Shown here one piece after another: positions 1 through 11,234 of a DNA stretch of 64,000 nucleotides (its first letter is position 1; every line of letters starts with the position of its first letter). This stretch comes from Massalongia carnosa (lineage: Eukaryota), in NCBI GenBank assembly GCA_965645245.1, contig OZ287072.1, positions 744,001 to 808,000 of the forward strand, read 5' to 3'. The notes below the pieces were generated by a model. That model was not told the origin of the DNA and did not search any database. It was given only the letters and a program-made list of their open reading frames with translations. The translations under genes and the position numbers were made by a program.

Positions 1-87
1 TGAGATGAGATTGTGAAGCGAATAGAATCCAAAAATCGACCGTTTTCAGAATCCATAGATGCGGAGAAAGGCATACATAAACCTAGC

Positions 88-750
88 TGCATTTGCGTTC
101 CGTCAAACCCCAGAGCCGCTTTGAAATCATCCCAACTAAGCTTCTCTTTGCTCTCACTATCTACTCCCCGAGAGCCCCAACAAAGAGACCCCTCCTTCGC
201 CCTATCTATAATGCTAGTCTAACGCACGCGCGGCTCATATACATATACCTATGTAGGTATATATTCGCCTTCCATTCCACTCCTCATCCATCCATCCTTA
301 CTTATAGCTCCTTTCCACCCATCCATCCACCATCCTGCCTTCTGGGTCGATGAAGAAGAACTCCAAGTGGAGTCGTAGCATGGCGTTAAGATTTATCGTT
401 CAGGCTCCGCGCCCCCGCAACAGCCGATGAATGAAAAAAACGGTACGGTTCGTTTTTTAGAGCAGCGCATAATAGTGAATGATGAACAGCACTTTTTGAA
501 ACTTCTCCCCTTCTCCAGCGCGGCGTGTGAAAAAACCTCGCCGATTCTTGGAAAAGGAAACCCCAGTCAGTGGGGGTGGGGAATGGGGAAGGAATACGGA
601 GATGAAAATAAGTTTCTTTGCATCGAGAAGATGGAAAGAGAGGGAGAATGAGATGAGCCGGGTCAGGCTCATGGGCTGATGTGAAGAATGATGGAGTTTT
701 GGCGGTATTCTGGTGAATGGCTCGAGGGGTATTTTCGACGCTGGGGTCTG
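88..750 (-). other. Possible partial, frameshift-disrupted protein-coding region of unknown product
   Basis: Exon-like segments ...NLNAMLRLHLEFFFIDPEGRMVDGWVERSY|gtaagg...ag|NIIDRAKEGSLCWGSRG...WDDFKAALGFDGTQMQL join in frame. A ctaac..cag acceptor lies near 748. Positions 420-560 break frame at homopolymer runs. Confidence 0.3.
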
Positions 751-939
751 TGTTAGTGGAATTTGATTTCCTTTCCCTTGTCCTGAAGAAGCGCAAGAGC
801 AGGGCATGAAAGAGCTTTCCTAAAACTGCGGTGATTAGATTCCGGGGCCCTGGAAGCTGCATGGCAGTATGCACTCTTCCTCTCGATTAACAGCCTTGAG
901 CGTTGTTCGGATCTTGCTCCAACGAGTTCCAAAGAGGCA

Positions 940-2331
940 TCATAACTTCTCCTTCAAATTCGCCCGCATTCGCTTCTCCACCGCATCCATGTATTCCGTC
1001 GTCGTCACATAGTCTCCTTGTCCCATCTTGCCGCATGCAATCGCCAAGTCCTTAGTCATGATCCCGTCTATGTCCACGGTGTCCACACACGCCTGCTCCA
1101 AGCTCTCGGCGAACGCCACCACCTCCGGCGTGCTGTCCAGCGTGCCCCGCTGCGCCAGCCCCCGCGTCCAGGCGAAGATGGAGGCGATGGAGTTAGTCGA
1201 CGTCGGGTGGCCTTTTTGATGCTCCCGGAAATGCCGCGTCACGGTGCCATGAGCGGCTTCGGCTTCGAAGGTTTTGCCGTCAGGCGTGATGAGCACGGAG
1301 GTCATAAGGCCGAGGGAGCCGAAGCCTTGAGCGACGATATCGGATTGCACGTCGCCGTCGTAGTTTTTGAGCGCCATGATGTAGCCCCCGGCGCTCTTCA
1401 TCATTTGTGCTACCATGTCATCGATCAAGCGATGCTCGTACCATATTTTCTTCTCCTCAAACTCTGTCTTGTATTCCTTCTCGTAAATTTCCTGGAAGAT
1501 GTCTTTGAATCGCCCGTCGTACTTCTTTAGAATCGTATTCTTCGTACTGAGATAGAGGGGAAGCGATTTAATTAGGGCGAGCTTGAAGCTGGCATGCGCA
1601 AACCCTTGTATAGACTCGTCAGTATTGTACTGTGTCTGCGCCACCCCGCCTCCATCTTTGAACTCGTAGACCTGGATGCGCTCCGGCTCTCCGCCTTTGG
1701 GCGTATACACCATCTCCAGCATTCCCGGACCCTTGACCACATAGTCCTTGGCGCGATACTGATCTCCAAACGCATGACGACCAATAATGATTGGTTTCTT
1801 CCACCCAGGCACTAGCCGTGGTATCCTTGGGATAACTATGGGCTCTCTGAAAACCGTCCCACCTAGGTAATTCCGGATGGTGCCATTGGGGCTCAACCAC
1901 ATCTTCTTCAGATGAAATTCTTTCATTCTTGCTTCATCTGGTGTAATGGTTGCGCATTTGACGCCGACCGAGTATTTCTTAATGGCGGCAGCAGCATCGA
2001 GGGTGACTTGATCATTGGTCTCGTCGCGGTAAGGAAGGCCGAGATCGTAGTATTTGAGGTCGATGTCGAGGTACGGATGGATAAACTTTTCTTTAATGTA
2101 TTGCCAGATAATACGGGTCATTTCGTCCCCATCGAGTTCAACGATGGGGTTCTTAACCTTAATTTTGCGCGAGGTCGACATCTTCCTACTATAAGGAGTG
2201 GACTTGATGGGCGGCAGTGCTTTTTGCTTATATAGGGAATTCACCCGAGAAGCTTGAGCCAGAGAAACTATTCGTGCAGTGTGTGCTGAACTGCCTGACC
2301 GATTGAACATTAATGCTCCCAGCGAACTCAT
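940..2331 (-). CDS. IDP1: NADP-dependent isocitrate dehydrogenase with mitochondrial presequence, intronless
   Basis: Motifs [62 protein letters not shown]. First ATG at 2331; second in-frame ATG at 2181. Confidence 0.96.
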   Translation of the reverse strand: MSSLGALMFNRSGSSAHTARIVSLAQASRVNSLYKQKALPPIKSTPYSRKMSTSRKIKVKNPIVELDGDEMTRIIWQYIKEKFIHPYLDIDLKYYDLGLPYRDETNDQVTLDAAAAIKKYSVGVKCATITPDEARMKEFHLKKMWLSPNGTIRNYLGGTVFREPIVIPRIPRLVPGWKKPIIIGRHAFGDQYRAKDYVVKGPGMLEMVYTPKGGEPERIQVYEFKDGGGVAQTQYNTDESIQGFAHASFKLALIKSLPLYLSTKNTILKKYDGRFKDIFQEIYEKEYKTEFEEKKIWYEHRLIDDMVAQMMKSAGGYIMALKNYDGDVQSDIVAQGFGSLGLMTSVLITPDGKTFEAEAAHGTVTRHFREHQKGHPTSTNSIASIFAWTRGLAQRGTLDSTPEVVAFAESLEQACVDTVDIDGIMTKDLAIACGKMGQGDYVTTTEYMDAVEKRMRANLKEKL

Positions 2332-2754
2332 ATTCCTAAGCCGGTATTGCTGCTGGGAACTATGTACTCGTAAAAGAAGGAAGATACACACAAATGCGGG
2401 GACGGGGATCGGAATCTTCGGGAGCCATTGCCGTTGGTAGCGGTTAGGGCTTTGCCCTAGGTAAGTATTTAGGGCTTTCCATTATTCTACAGCGCGAGCG
2501 AGATGGGAAACTTAATGGAGTCAGTGAATTCATTTATTATAGGCGCTATGTCTCCATCTTCATCTATGTCTTCATCTATCTTCTATATTTACGCAAATGC
2601 TATGTAGTCATAACAATAACCTTCTAGGAGGTATCGATGCAAACCAGTCCTTGGGGTCCTTTGTTGGACACAACCCCCAGGCCGAACCTTTAAGAAAGGG
2701 TTTCATTTGACCATTGTTTCAACAGTGAGAAATAGAGCGTAAACATCTGTTTAT

Positions 2755-5700
2755 CTAGAACAGCCCATCGATTTCCCCGGTTTCGGGATCAATGTCGACA
2801 TTAAGATAGCCAGGAGCTGTGGGAAGACCGGGGATGGTCTGAATGTCGGCAGCTAGGGCATATCTAAAGCATTGAATCAATGAAGGAAGCGATGACGCAG
2901 AAGAAGTAACCTACAAATATCCAGCCCCGACGGCCAACCGTACATCCCGAATAGGAACCGTAAAACCGGTGGGAGCACCTTTGAGTGCTGGATCGTGGCT
3001 TAGTGAATATTGCGTCTTCGCGATGCAAATCGGTAGGTTTCCAAAGCCTTGCTTCTGATAGGTATCGACCTTCTTCTGTGCCAGTTCGCTGAACTCGACT
3101 TTCTCAGCGCCGTACATTATCTTTCCGATCCTCTCTATTCGGTCTTGAACGCTGCCATCAAGGTCGTATAATAATTTGAAGCTTTTCTCCTTTTCGCTCG
3201 CGGCGATCACACCCTTTGCTAGATCTACCGCACCTTTTCCTCCTTCAGCCCAATGGTTGGCAGGGATGGCATCATCTGCACCAGCTGCTAGTGCTTCTTC
3301 TTTGAGGACGGCTATTTCAGCTTCAGTATCAGTCTCGAATTTATTGATGGCCACCACAACGGGTATCCCATAGTACTTTGCGTTTGAGATGTGTTTTCTT
3401 AGGTTTACACAACCCTTTCGTAAAATGTCGACATTCTCGGTGCGGTAAACTTCATGGAGTGCTCCTCCCGGCGTAATCTCAGGTCCGCCGCCATGTACCT
3501 TAAGAGCTCTTACTGTAGCTACTATAACAACAACATCTGGCACGAGACCTGAAGATCGGCATTTGATGTTGAAAAATCGCTCTCCACCCATAGTGAAGTC
3601 GAAGCCAGCCTCTGTGACAACAAATCCAGTCTTCTCATTATGGTTCTCATCGGCCTCTGTACCGGCCAGCTTCAGTGCCAGTTTATCTGCCAGAACTGAA
3701 CTTGCACCAATGCTGATGTTAGCAAAAGGTCCAGCGTGCACAAACACGGGGGTACCCTCTAGAGTCTGCATGAGATTCGGTTTGATGGCGTCTTTCATGA
3801 GCGCAGCTAGAGCACCTCCTGCACCGATGTCATCACAGGTGACCGGATCACCGCTTCTGGACGTAGCAACAACCATACGACCCAGCCTTTCTCGCATATC
3901 TGCAAGATCATTGCTGAGCGCAAGAATTGCCATACACTCACTTGCTACTGAAATATCGAAGCCAGTTTCTCGAGTCGCCCCTTTTTCAGTAGGAGCGGTA
4001 CCGACAGTAATACCCCTCAAATGGCGATCGTTGACATCCAGTACGCGTCTCCACGTAATAGTCTCCGGATCGATGTCCAATCTTGCGAATCTATGGATCT
4101 CATCTTCTGATAATTCGTTCGGGTTGATTTTATTTATTCCTAGCTTCTTCAGACGACGGAACATGATAGGTTGGAATTCCCGCTTTCCTTTCTTTACAGG
4201 CACAAGCCGTTTGTACAAGGCGCCGTCTTTTTGGGTATTTTCATGGAATATCCGTGTTTCGATTGCGGCAGCAAGGAGATTATTGGCTGCTGAGATGGCA
4301 TGAATGTCTCCTGTCAAGTGAAGATTAAACTCTTCCATGGGAATAACTTGGCTGTAGCCTCCTCCAGCGGCGCCCCCTTTGATTCCGAATGTTGGTCCTT
4401 GGCTGGGTTGTCGGACATTTGCAAAGGCTACTCGGCCAAGATGTCCGGCAATCGCCTGTGTCAAGCCGACAGTCGTCGTTGACTTACCTTCGCCCAAAGG
4501 GGTTGGAGTAATACCGGCGACGAGCACATACCGTCCATTTTTACGATGACCTAGCCTTTGCAAGAGCGTAAGCTCAACCTTGGCTTTTGAAGCGCCATAG
4601 GGTTCAAGTTCGTGCGATGCTATACCAACTTCGTGTGCTACCTGCGTTATTGGCTTTGGTGGTTGCGCTCTTGAGATTGCTATGTCGGAGGGGACTGGGC
4701 TTTCAAGTTTCAGGGGTAAAGGTTTGATGTGTCGCGCTTTTTGTCTTTCAAAATATGTGGTCGCTGCATCGACCACATTCTGGAGGAGCATTGCCACCGT
4801 CATAGGCCCAACACCTCCGGGTACTGGAGTGATTTTTGAAGCGACTTGAACCGCAGACTCGAAGTCAACATCGCCAACTAGTCTTTGGCCTGACTTCTTG
4901 GTGTTATCTGATATATAATTTGTACCTACGTCGATGACCACCACACCTTTTTTCAGCCAATCCCCTTTCACAAAGTTAGGTTGCCCGATAGCGGCTACGA
5001 GTACATCTGCTCTTTTGATCTCCTCCTGGAGATTCTGTGTTTTTGAATGACATATCGTCACTGTAGCATCGGCATTCCTCAGTAAAGAGCTGACCGGGCT
5101 GCCAACGATATCACTACGACCCAGCACTACCGCATTTTTTCCCTTGAGATCCACTTTGCTCTCTTTTAACAGCATCATCACCCCTTTGGGAGTACATGGG
5201 GTGAACAAGGGCCGACCGCCACGTTTTGCCAATTCTCCAATGTTACCAGTACCAAATCCATCCACATCCTTCTCCTCTGCAACCGCAGAGGTCACCGCAT
5301 GCTCTGAGATATGTCGTGGTACGGGTAGCTGGACCAAGATTCCATGAATGGACGGATCGTTGTTAAACTTGGTGATATTTTGCAGGAGCTCTGGCTCAGT
5401 GATGGACTCCGGATAATTCACGAGGTTGCAGATGATGTCGGCTTCCTCAGCAGCCTTCAGCTTCATTCGAACATATGTGCTGGAGTCCGTCCTATCGCCA
5501 ACCTGTACAATCGTTAAGGAGGGTTTGTATCGGGGATTTGTTTCCTGGGTTTTCTCAATATCTGCCTTGATCTTCTCTCGAATGGCTTTGGCAATGATGT
5601 TTCCATCAATCTTTTCCGCTGCCATGGTTACGGGACTGCTTGACAACGATCTGAAATACCAATATGGTATAGTCTTTCTCAAGTGGTCGCCAGCTCGTGC

Positions 5701-5880
5701 CCGGCTTGCTTGTATGTGATGAGTCACAGCCAGTTGATCCCGCAAAATCTTTGAGTTTCGTAAGGTTGAGAAAAGCCTCGCATGGTTTGCGCTCAATATT
5801 TGCGGGTGGGCTGCAACCGAGAGGCGTGTAGGCAGGCAGTATGTAATTTTAACAAGAGATGCAGATGAAAAGCTGTGCAT
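2755..5880 (-). CDS. ADE3: C1-tetrahydrofolate synthase (trifunctional methylene-THF dehydrogenase/cyclohydrolase/formyl-THF synthetase)
   Basis: Motifs YVRMK, KDVDG, TPVPGGVGPMTVAML, TPTPLGEGKSTT, GIKGGAAGGGYSQ. A 51-nt intron (2914-2864) joins GYL to the final exon YALAADIQTIPGLPTAPGYLNVDIDPETGEIDGLF*. In-frame ATGs at 5880 and 5625. Confidence 0.96.
5719..5727. promoter_or_regulatory. Gcn4/CpcA-type site (ATGAGTCAC; TGASTCA core)
   Basis: Perfect TGAGTCA at 5720-5726, about 95 nt upstream of the downstream ADE3 ATG (5625). A further TGACTC lies at 6147-6152 in the divergent ADE3/TIF34 intergenic region. Confidence 0.4.
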
Positions 5881-6272
5881 CACCAGATGTGCTTGCCAGC
5901 GAAAATCACGGTAGAGATTGAGCCACGACGAATTGAGAATATGAACCTCCACTTCAACTTACCTTGAAACTAGATTACCTATTTCTACATTTCACATGTC
6001 ATTGCGCTCATACAAACTCCATGTTTTGATGACTGGGACTGATTATTCATTGAAGCTAACCCTTCTTGGGGTTCGCTAGATCAGAGACGCTAAGATAAGA
6101 TCAGTGACGCATCGACTGATTAGATCGGAATTATTTCGGTAGCGAATGACTCCCACTCAGCCCTATCAATTTTATCCCACAAGTCCCCAGTGCAAGGTAC
6201 ACCTACTCTGTACTCTATAACTTTACTTTTTCCACCATCTTTCCCTCCAAATATTAATTCCACTTTTTCAAA

Positions 6273-7526
6273 ATGAGACCCATCTTACTGCAAGGCCATG
6301 TAAGTTGATGGAGCTAAGGTATAAGTATACAAAAGAAAATACCGCTAATCTGTGCTCTATAGGAACGGTCGTTGACTCAAATTAAGTATTGCTTTCTTCC
6401 TGCTTCTCCTTGAGTACAGCTAAACATCGGCTCCAAGGTATACCAGAGATGGTGATATTCTGTTCTCTGCAGCCAAAGATCAAGTCATCTGCGCATGGTT
6501 CTCCGCCAATGGTGAACGATTAGGAACGTACCATGGCCATCAAGGAGCCCTGTGGACTGTCGACGTTGATCCCTCCACCACTCTTCTTGCAAGCGGAGCT
6601 GCAGATAACACAGTGCGATTATGGGAGATCAGGACTGGAAGGTGTATCAAAGTGTGGGACTTCAACACGGCAGTGAAGCGCGTCGAGTTCTCAGAGGATG
6701 GAACCCAGCTGCTGGCTGTTACGGAGAAGCGAATGGGGTTCCTCGGCACCATTGTTGTCCTCGACATCAAGGTTGACGTGAATGCGGAGCAGACTAATGA
6801 GCGAAGCCTGACTATCACCTGTGATGAGAGCAAAGCTACCGTTGCAGGATGGAGCTATCTGTCCAAATACATCATCGCCGGTCACGAGGATGGCTCGGTC
6901 TCGCAGTACGATGCAAAGGTAATATTTCTAAGTCATTTCCCAAGAAAGATGGGAAAAGCCACTGATTTTCTCTAGAATGGAGAACTTCTCGACAGCTTTG
7001 CCGCTCACGAGGAGAACATGCCGGTCACTGACCTACAATGGGCGCCCGACCGAACCTACTTCATCACCGCCTCCAAAGATAAATCCGCCAAAGTAATTCA
7101 TCATTCTTTGTCTCCTCATTTTTTCTTCCCGAATACCCTCTCGATGCTAACCCCCTTTCCCAAAACCAGATAATATCCGCCCGCACCCTCGAGCTTCTAA
7201 AAACATACGTATCGGATACTCCCCTCCTAACCGCCGCCATCACGCCGAAAAAAGACTTCGTCATCCTCGGCGGTGGTCAAGCCGCCGCGGACGTTACCAC
7301 CACCAGCTCGCGCCAAGGCAAGTTCGAAGCGCGCTTCTACCACCGCATCTTCGAGGATGAAATTGGCCGTGTCAAGGGCCATTTCGGCCCGCTCAACACC
7401 ATCGCCGTGGATCCGATGGGGCGGGGATACGCCAGCGGCGGGGAGGATGGGTACGTGCGGGTGCATCATTTCGATAAGGGGTATTTTGATTTTATGTACG
7501 AGGTTGAGAAGGAGGTAGATAGGTAA
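6273..7526 (+). CDS. TIF34: Translation initiation factor eIF3 subunit i (WD40), multi-exon
   Basis: MRPILLQGH|gtaag, then [81 protein letters not shown]. Four GT-AG introns. The 3' end could include a further small exon. Confidence 0.95.
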
Positions 7527-8735
7527 GTTTTCATAGGGGGAGAGACATGGATGAGGAGCGGTCGGGAGGAGTGGTTTTTCATTTCTCTTTTTAGGAAGGA
7601 GGGGGGGGAAATGCTATAATGAGTCATTACCGCAAACGAAGTTGATGTTTCCTTCAAGTCCAACTAAAGAGCTCCTTTCGTTCATCTCCCTTTCCCAATT
7701 CTCATCATATACCACTCTTCCCACCGTTAATAACGCACTCTCTTCCTTTTTCAATACATTCCGCTTTCCTCGCATCGCATCGGCATCGCAACTTTCTCAC
7801 TCCCATCCAGCACCCGATCTACCTGCTCATCTATCTACTTATCTAACTATCTATCTATCAATCTACCCAACAATCCAGCAACACCCTTCTTCCTCACTCC
7901 ATCCAATCCCATTATTTCCGTTATTCTCCTCCTACTCTTTCGTCTCTCCGTTCTCTTCAAAAGAGCTTTGATCGTGACTTCGATTCTTTCCGGAATGTTA
8001 AGGAAGATCACTTGATAAATAAATGATTTTTCTGGTCTCGATTTCTCAGTCAAGACTGAATTATAGTCATAGAATCTGTATATGATTGCATCGTTTTTTT
8101 CTTCGTGGGATTTTCTTCTTCTCTGATTCTTTCGTTTCCTCTCCCTCCTCTCTTTTCCTTTCTTACGCTATATATCGGAATACCTCTCTTTTCTTCCCCC
8201 CTCTCTCTCTCTCGATCATTTCAAGGAACTCTTGTTTTTTTTTTTTCTCTTTACTTTCTTCTCGATTTCTTCACTTCCTCTATCCATACGCCAATCTACC
8301 GGATTCAGAGAGGAGAGGCGTTGTTTTTTTACGTGCGGGTCAGATCGGATTTTGAAAATGCAGGATAAAGAAAAAATTAAAACAGGAGTTATTTGTATGT
8401 GTGGTTTTTTTTTTGATTGATGAATAATGGAAAAGAAAAAGCGAGCAAGCAAGGGAATGTAATGAAGGAAATGAGAAGTCTGAATTAACTGAAGGGTTCG
8501 AGTGATGAGTATGAAAGTCCAAATGTAAGCAAGAACGAAAGTGACAAAGAGCAATCAAGATATATATATCGTGCTAAAGTAGTGGAGAGTAAATGATTTT
8601 TTTAAAAAAATGTGGATCAGTGAGTGAATGAGTGAGAATCTGACCAGGACAGAGTGAGGAAGGTCAAGATCAGGCTGATTTGCATGTTCTAGAGAGATTG
8701 ACGTGAATTTGAAATAGCTAATATCAAAGTCATTT

Positions 8736-9295
8736 GGCCTGCTAGGTCAGAAACCTCTACATGGTGCAGGCTATCAACACCTCCTCGGAGGTGGCCAATA
8801 TCTGATCATCGCCAACGCGGAAGCTCACCTCGATGGCCATTTGAACGAGCAATCGTCTGTACTGATCATCCACCACTTCGAAGACATACAAAGCCCATTC
8901 ATTCGAAATGATCACATTCCTCAGACGAAAGTCTTTCGCCTCATCGAAAAAGCTCATTCATTCGAAGTGGCCACACTTTCACACTTTCATTTATAACGAC
9001 ATCATAATCTGCCCTCGATCATGACCCGTCTTTCCTTCGTTGAATCAAAACAATTAAAAAGAGAGGACGTTCGTCCGAACGTGTGGAGATACACTGTCTA
9101 GTTCATCAAGTGGTTGGGTGTATGCACCGCGTGGTAGAAGAACTTTTTCGAAACGTTCAATATGGATTTAGGGAGTGGTTTTACCCTGAGGGTCAGGATT
9201 CCACTTCCTGACTGTTGTTTATGTACATAAATAGCAGTCAACAGCGTCATATCCTTAGGATGCATACGCTTAATTTATTAATAAAAATCAAATAA
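8736..9295. repeat. Dispersed repeat copy A (~560 bp), degenerate coding remnant
   Basis: Aligns by eye with 41477-42055 (e.g. GCAGGCTATCAACACCTCCTCG, GGTGGCCAATATCTGATCATCGCCAACGCGGAAGC, TTCAATATGGATTTAGGGAGTGGTTTTACCCTGAGGGTCA), with substitutions and a ~25-30 bp indel. Confidence 0.9.
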
Positions 9296-9475
9296 AAAAT
9301 CAAAGTCATTTCATTATTTTTAATTTTTCACTAGCGATTTTTAATTTAGACGCTAGAATCGAATATGCCCTTTCCTTCACGCGTTCCACCCGTCTTTGAA
9401 CGCCATTCCAAACGCCACACTATCTAAAGCCCTCTACGCCTCTAATCCTTCCTCCTCTTCTATCCTCCTCTCCCC

Positions 9476-11234
9476 TCACCCCTCCCTCCTCACAAAGTCA
9501 TCGATGATCCAACCCCACCCCTCTTCGCGCAGCCACTGCTCCGGCTCCCACGAATCGGCTGCCGCCTCCGCCCACTGCACCCGATAGCTGGTGCGCGTGA
9601 ACTCGGTGCGGTGCGCGGTGACAAGAATGGGCGTGCGGGTTGGAGTTGGACGTGCGGCTTCGGGACGAGGGGCTAGAGGTGCGATGGCGCTGGTGGCGAT
9701 GGCGCCGGTGAGAACGGGTGACTGGAGGGGGTTTAGTTTGGTTGGGAGCTGGAGAAGAACAAATTTAGAAGATAAAAGAACAACAAGGGGAACAGCAGAA
9801 AATTTGTTCAGGAAACACTGATCGACAAGTCCTAGGACAGGAGCTAGTTGAAACAAACGCACCTCTAGCGATGCGGCAAGCTGCAGTGCCGGTAATGATG
9901 ACTTCCGCTTCAGAGGCGTTCCAGTCTGCGCGGTCTAAACCCGAATGTTAATGAGCCCCGCCTTATAGAAGTACGAAGCGGTAGGAACAGAACTTACATG
10001 CCAGATCAAGGCGTATTTCCACTCCTTCGTAACCTTCAGTAACTCGCTGATCATGGCCTGGTAAAGGATATTGCTAGTCAGCGCCTCTCCCTGCTGCTCC
10101 CGACCTTTCTGGTCTACCAATGAGTACCTCCATGCCCCGTCATCCTTGGTGAAGCCCGTAGTCCTGCCTAGGATGAAGAAATTGGCGATAGCCGCAGACG
10201 CTTCAGCCATACGCGTCAGAAAGGCGGCGTATATCTCCGTACTGGGGATTAGGAAGCGCTGGGTGGCGTTGTAGCCCTTGGCTTCGTATTGAATGGAGAA
10301 CCTTCGAACATTCCGATTGATGGATGGTTGCGGCTTTGGCTGAACTTTGAAGCTCTCTTTGGCCTTGGCTAGTGCTTTTTGGCACCTTACTGGCTCTGGC
10401 ATCATCAAGAATGGCGGAGCCGTGTATTGCATTGGCGGTGGTTCCAAGTCTATGTTAAAGATTAGTAAGGGGTCGGAAAGGAGTTAGATGAAGACTCACA
10501 TCGCCTGGCCGGTAGCTTTGCCACTGGCCCTACCAGGTATGCCTCGCCTAGGCCAATCGCTAGAGGTCGCGAAGTTAGGACGATACAAACTGACGTAGGA
10601 AGCGAGTAAAATAATTAGCAACATACTTGAGCTGGAATGGATAGTTGATTTTGTCAGTCTCAAATCCTCGGCTAACATGGTCCGGCTTGCCTCCTTTGCC
10701 TCCTTCGCTCCGCTCTGCTCCATCGCCTCGTTCCCCTTCAGTTGACTTTCTTGTTGACGAGATAGACCTGTGGCTGCGAGAAAGCCACTTAATGGCCGAT
10801 TGGCTGAGGATGTCAGCTGCAATGAACAAGGTATACGCATAAGATGAAAACCCACCTAAGCTGGGATGAGCAATTGACTCTGTTGGTCCCTTGCGTTCAG
10901 ATGTCTTGTTTCCTGCCCCCCCATTTAGCTCTCTCCCCTCGCTCTCGCTTGCTCGGTTGGCTTTTTTTGGCTGATATGCTTGGTTTGCCTTGACTCTTTG
11001 GCTCATATGGCTGGCTGGGTCTGCTTGGCTTATTTGTTCTGGCTGGGTCTCTTGTCGATGGGTTGCCTTTATATTTGCATAGTAGCCGCTCGATCCACGA
11101 TGTACTCGCTCCTCTGGTGCTGGTGCTGGTGGCAGCTGTGCTCTAAGTGGATGATGGACGTAATGAATGTGCGTATTGAGTATCGAATGCTTTGCAAAAT
11201 ACTCGGGGCAGTGAGGGCAGCTGAAGCGCGGCAT
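9476..11234 (-). CDS. Uncharacterised protein: N-terminal C2H2 zinc finger, C-terminal chromodomain-like fold, multi-exon
   Basis: N-terminus FSCPHCPEYFAKHSILNTHIHYVH; C-terminus ILVTAHR..TSYRVQWAEAAADSWEPEQWL..WIIDDF. Predicted GT-AG introns (10855-10804, ~10627-10560, ~10499-10450, ~9997-9935) join four ORF pieces in frame. Confidence 0.7.

Noticed and set aside
860..942. Stop-codon readthrough giving IDP1 a cryptic PTS1
   Set aside because: The context is TGA TGC rather than TGA CTA, and the extension does not end in an SKL-like tripeptide.
7640..8640. Several 60-110 aa ORFs rich in F/S/L
   Set aside because: Artefacts of pyrimidine-rich low-complexity intergenic DNA.
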